The notes under the pieces: generated by a model
The model's database searches: none
The model's input: the letters and a program-made list of their open reading frames with translations, nothing else
Told to the model about the DNA's origin: nothing
Part shown: one piece after another, positions 63,096-64,000 of the stretch
Layout: each line of letters begins with the position of its first letter
How positions within the stretch are numbered: position 1 is the first letter of the stretch
Translations under genes and position numbers: made by a program
Virus record (IMG/VR): IMGVR_UViG_3300042934_000822
Span: 1-64,000 of that record
Source: a virus
Strand: one strand, 5' to 3'
DNA length: 64,000 nucleotides

Positions 63096-64000
63096 TCACT
63101 GCAGGTTGGCCAGCGCCGCCATTGCCTTCTGCAAGGCACTCTCGCGCTTATCCTGCACCAGGTTCTCGCTCTCACCCCGGGCAGGGATGTAGTCGACCTC
63201 CTCGAGGTAGGCCATGGCCACGGTATCGAATAGGTCAGGGGACGAGAGGTTCTCTGCTGCCATGTCCTGCTTACGAGCGATGTGGTACCTGCCAAGCTCG
63301 TCCAGGTGGTAGGGCATCCGGCTAGCCTGGTCGAGTAGATCCTTCTGGTACTTGGCGATGAAGCGCACGGCGCCATCCTTGATGGCTTCAATGGCGTGCA
63401 CGGTCGACTGCGCGCGCTGGTTGAGGAAGCGCTTGCGGTACTCGTTTGAGAAGGGTCTTTCGCCCCAGCGCACGCCTTTGAAGCTGATCCCGCCGCCGTC
63501 CAGCTCCATCATGCGCTTGAGGAACTGGTTACCCATGCCGTTGGTATCGACCACGATGGTGACGTTGCTGAACGCCGCAGCGTAATCCAGCACCTTGCGC
63601 GCCACCGGGGTCCAGTCCTCAGTGCTGGTGTACACAGGCACGTCGACCACTTCTACGCGGCGCCGATCCTGCATCATGCGGTCACCGTTGCCGATGACCT
63701 TGAAGTGGGTGGCCACCGTTTTGTCCCGTCCCACGCCAGCGGCGACGTCGACCACGATGACGTGCCCATAGGCTTCGCCGTCCAGAATGACGCGCGGCCC
63801 CTCGATGACACGCTCGATCGCCGCGCGACTGATCAGGTATTTGCTCGAATGGGTCGGGAACATACCCCGGACCTTGATCTGGTACTCAGGGTCGTCCCGG
63901 CCGCCGTATTGGATGACCTTCGCCTTGATGAAAGGCAGGTCAACCAGCGGGCTGTCCTCGGAACTGAACGTCAGCGCAGTCCACTCGCCGCCCTGCTCCT
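63096..64000 (-). CDS. Terminase large subunit (P1 PacB-like), C-terminal nuclease part; 5' end outside window
   Basis: VVDVAAG.GRDKTV, VVDTNGMG, SPDLFD RNase H-like nuclease motifs. Confidence 0.85.
   Translation of the reverse strand, partial: EQGGEWTALTFSSEDSPLVDLPFIKAKVIQYGGRDDPEYQIKVRGMFPTHSSKYLISRAAIERVIEGPRVILDGEAYGHVIVVDVAAGVGRDKTVATHFKVIGNGDRMMQDRRRVEVVDVPVYTSTEDWTPVARKVLDYAAAFSNVTIVVDTNGMGNQFLKRMMELDGGGISFKGVRWGERPFSNEYRKRFLNQRAQSTVHAIEAIKDGAVRFIAKYQKDLLDQASRMPYHLDELGRYHIARKQDMAAENLSSPDLFDTVAMAYLEEVDYIPARGESENLVQDKRESALQKAMAALANLQ

Overview
The window is about 64 kb of a P1-like (Punavirus-type) myovirus phage-plasmid. The host is probably Pseudomonas, judging from the SSB, RulAB and high GC. 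Almost all genes are on the - strand. It holds the C-terminal part of the large terminase, an iteron-type plasmid replicon (repA, five direct iterons plus one inverted), and portal, prohead protease, major capsid, sheath, tube, baseplate, spike and PAAR genes. It also has a 2195-aa repeat-built tail fibre, a tape-measure-like protein with a GH19 domain, and a cluster of probably virion-packaged polyvalent/anti-restriction proteins (Hdf/DarA-N; InPase-DarA-C-DdrB fusion; LPD1; LPD3-like plus N6-MTase). Other modules are parA with a partner gene, LexA-controlled umuDC, a SAR-endolysin lysis cassette, a P4-type integrase, ssb, rdgC, ref and a second, phage-type replication initiator. Reading the intergenic DNA gives four dispersed motif families. 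(1) A ~63-nt promoter-terminator cassette at 8653-8715 (-) is the reverse complement of an ATCAGCCAGA box in the 5' UTRs of at least 7 transcripts, a candidate multi-target antisense sRNA regulon. (2) Eleven CG(C/G)AAA-N30-(-10) late promoters, often paired with hairpins over the translation start region. (3) An 8-bp-periodic NGCGC(G/C/T)TT array family, centromere/operator-like, with one copy inside a CDS. (4) A CGCGGATA operator family. At protein level, a recurring M(L/M)D(S/A) motif in head proteins and a shared N-terminal leader on two polyvalent proteins suggest a maturation and packaging code. All calls come from reading the sequence; no database searches were run.
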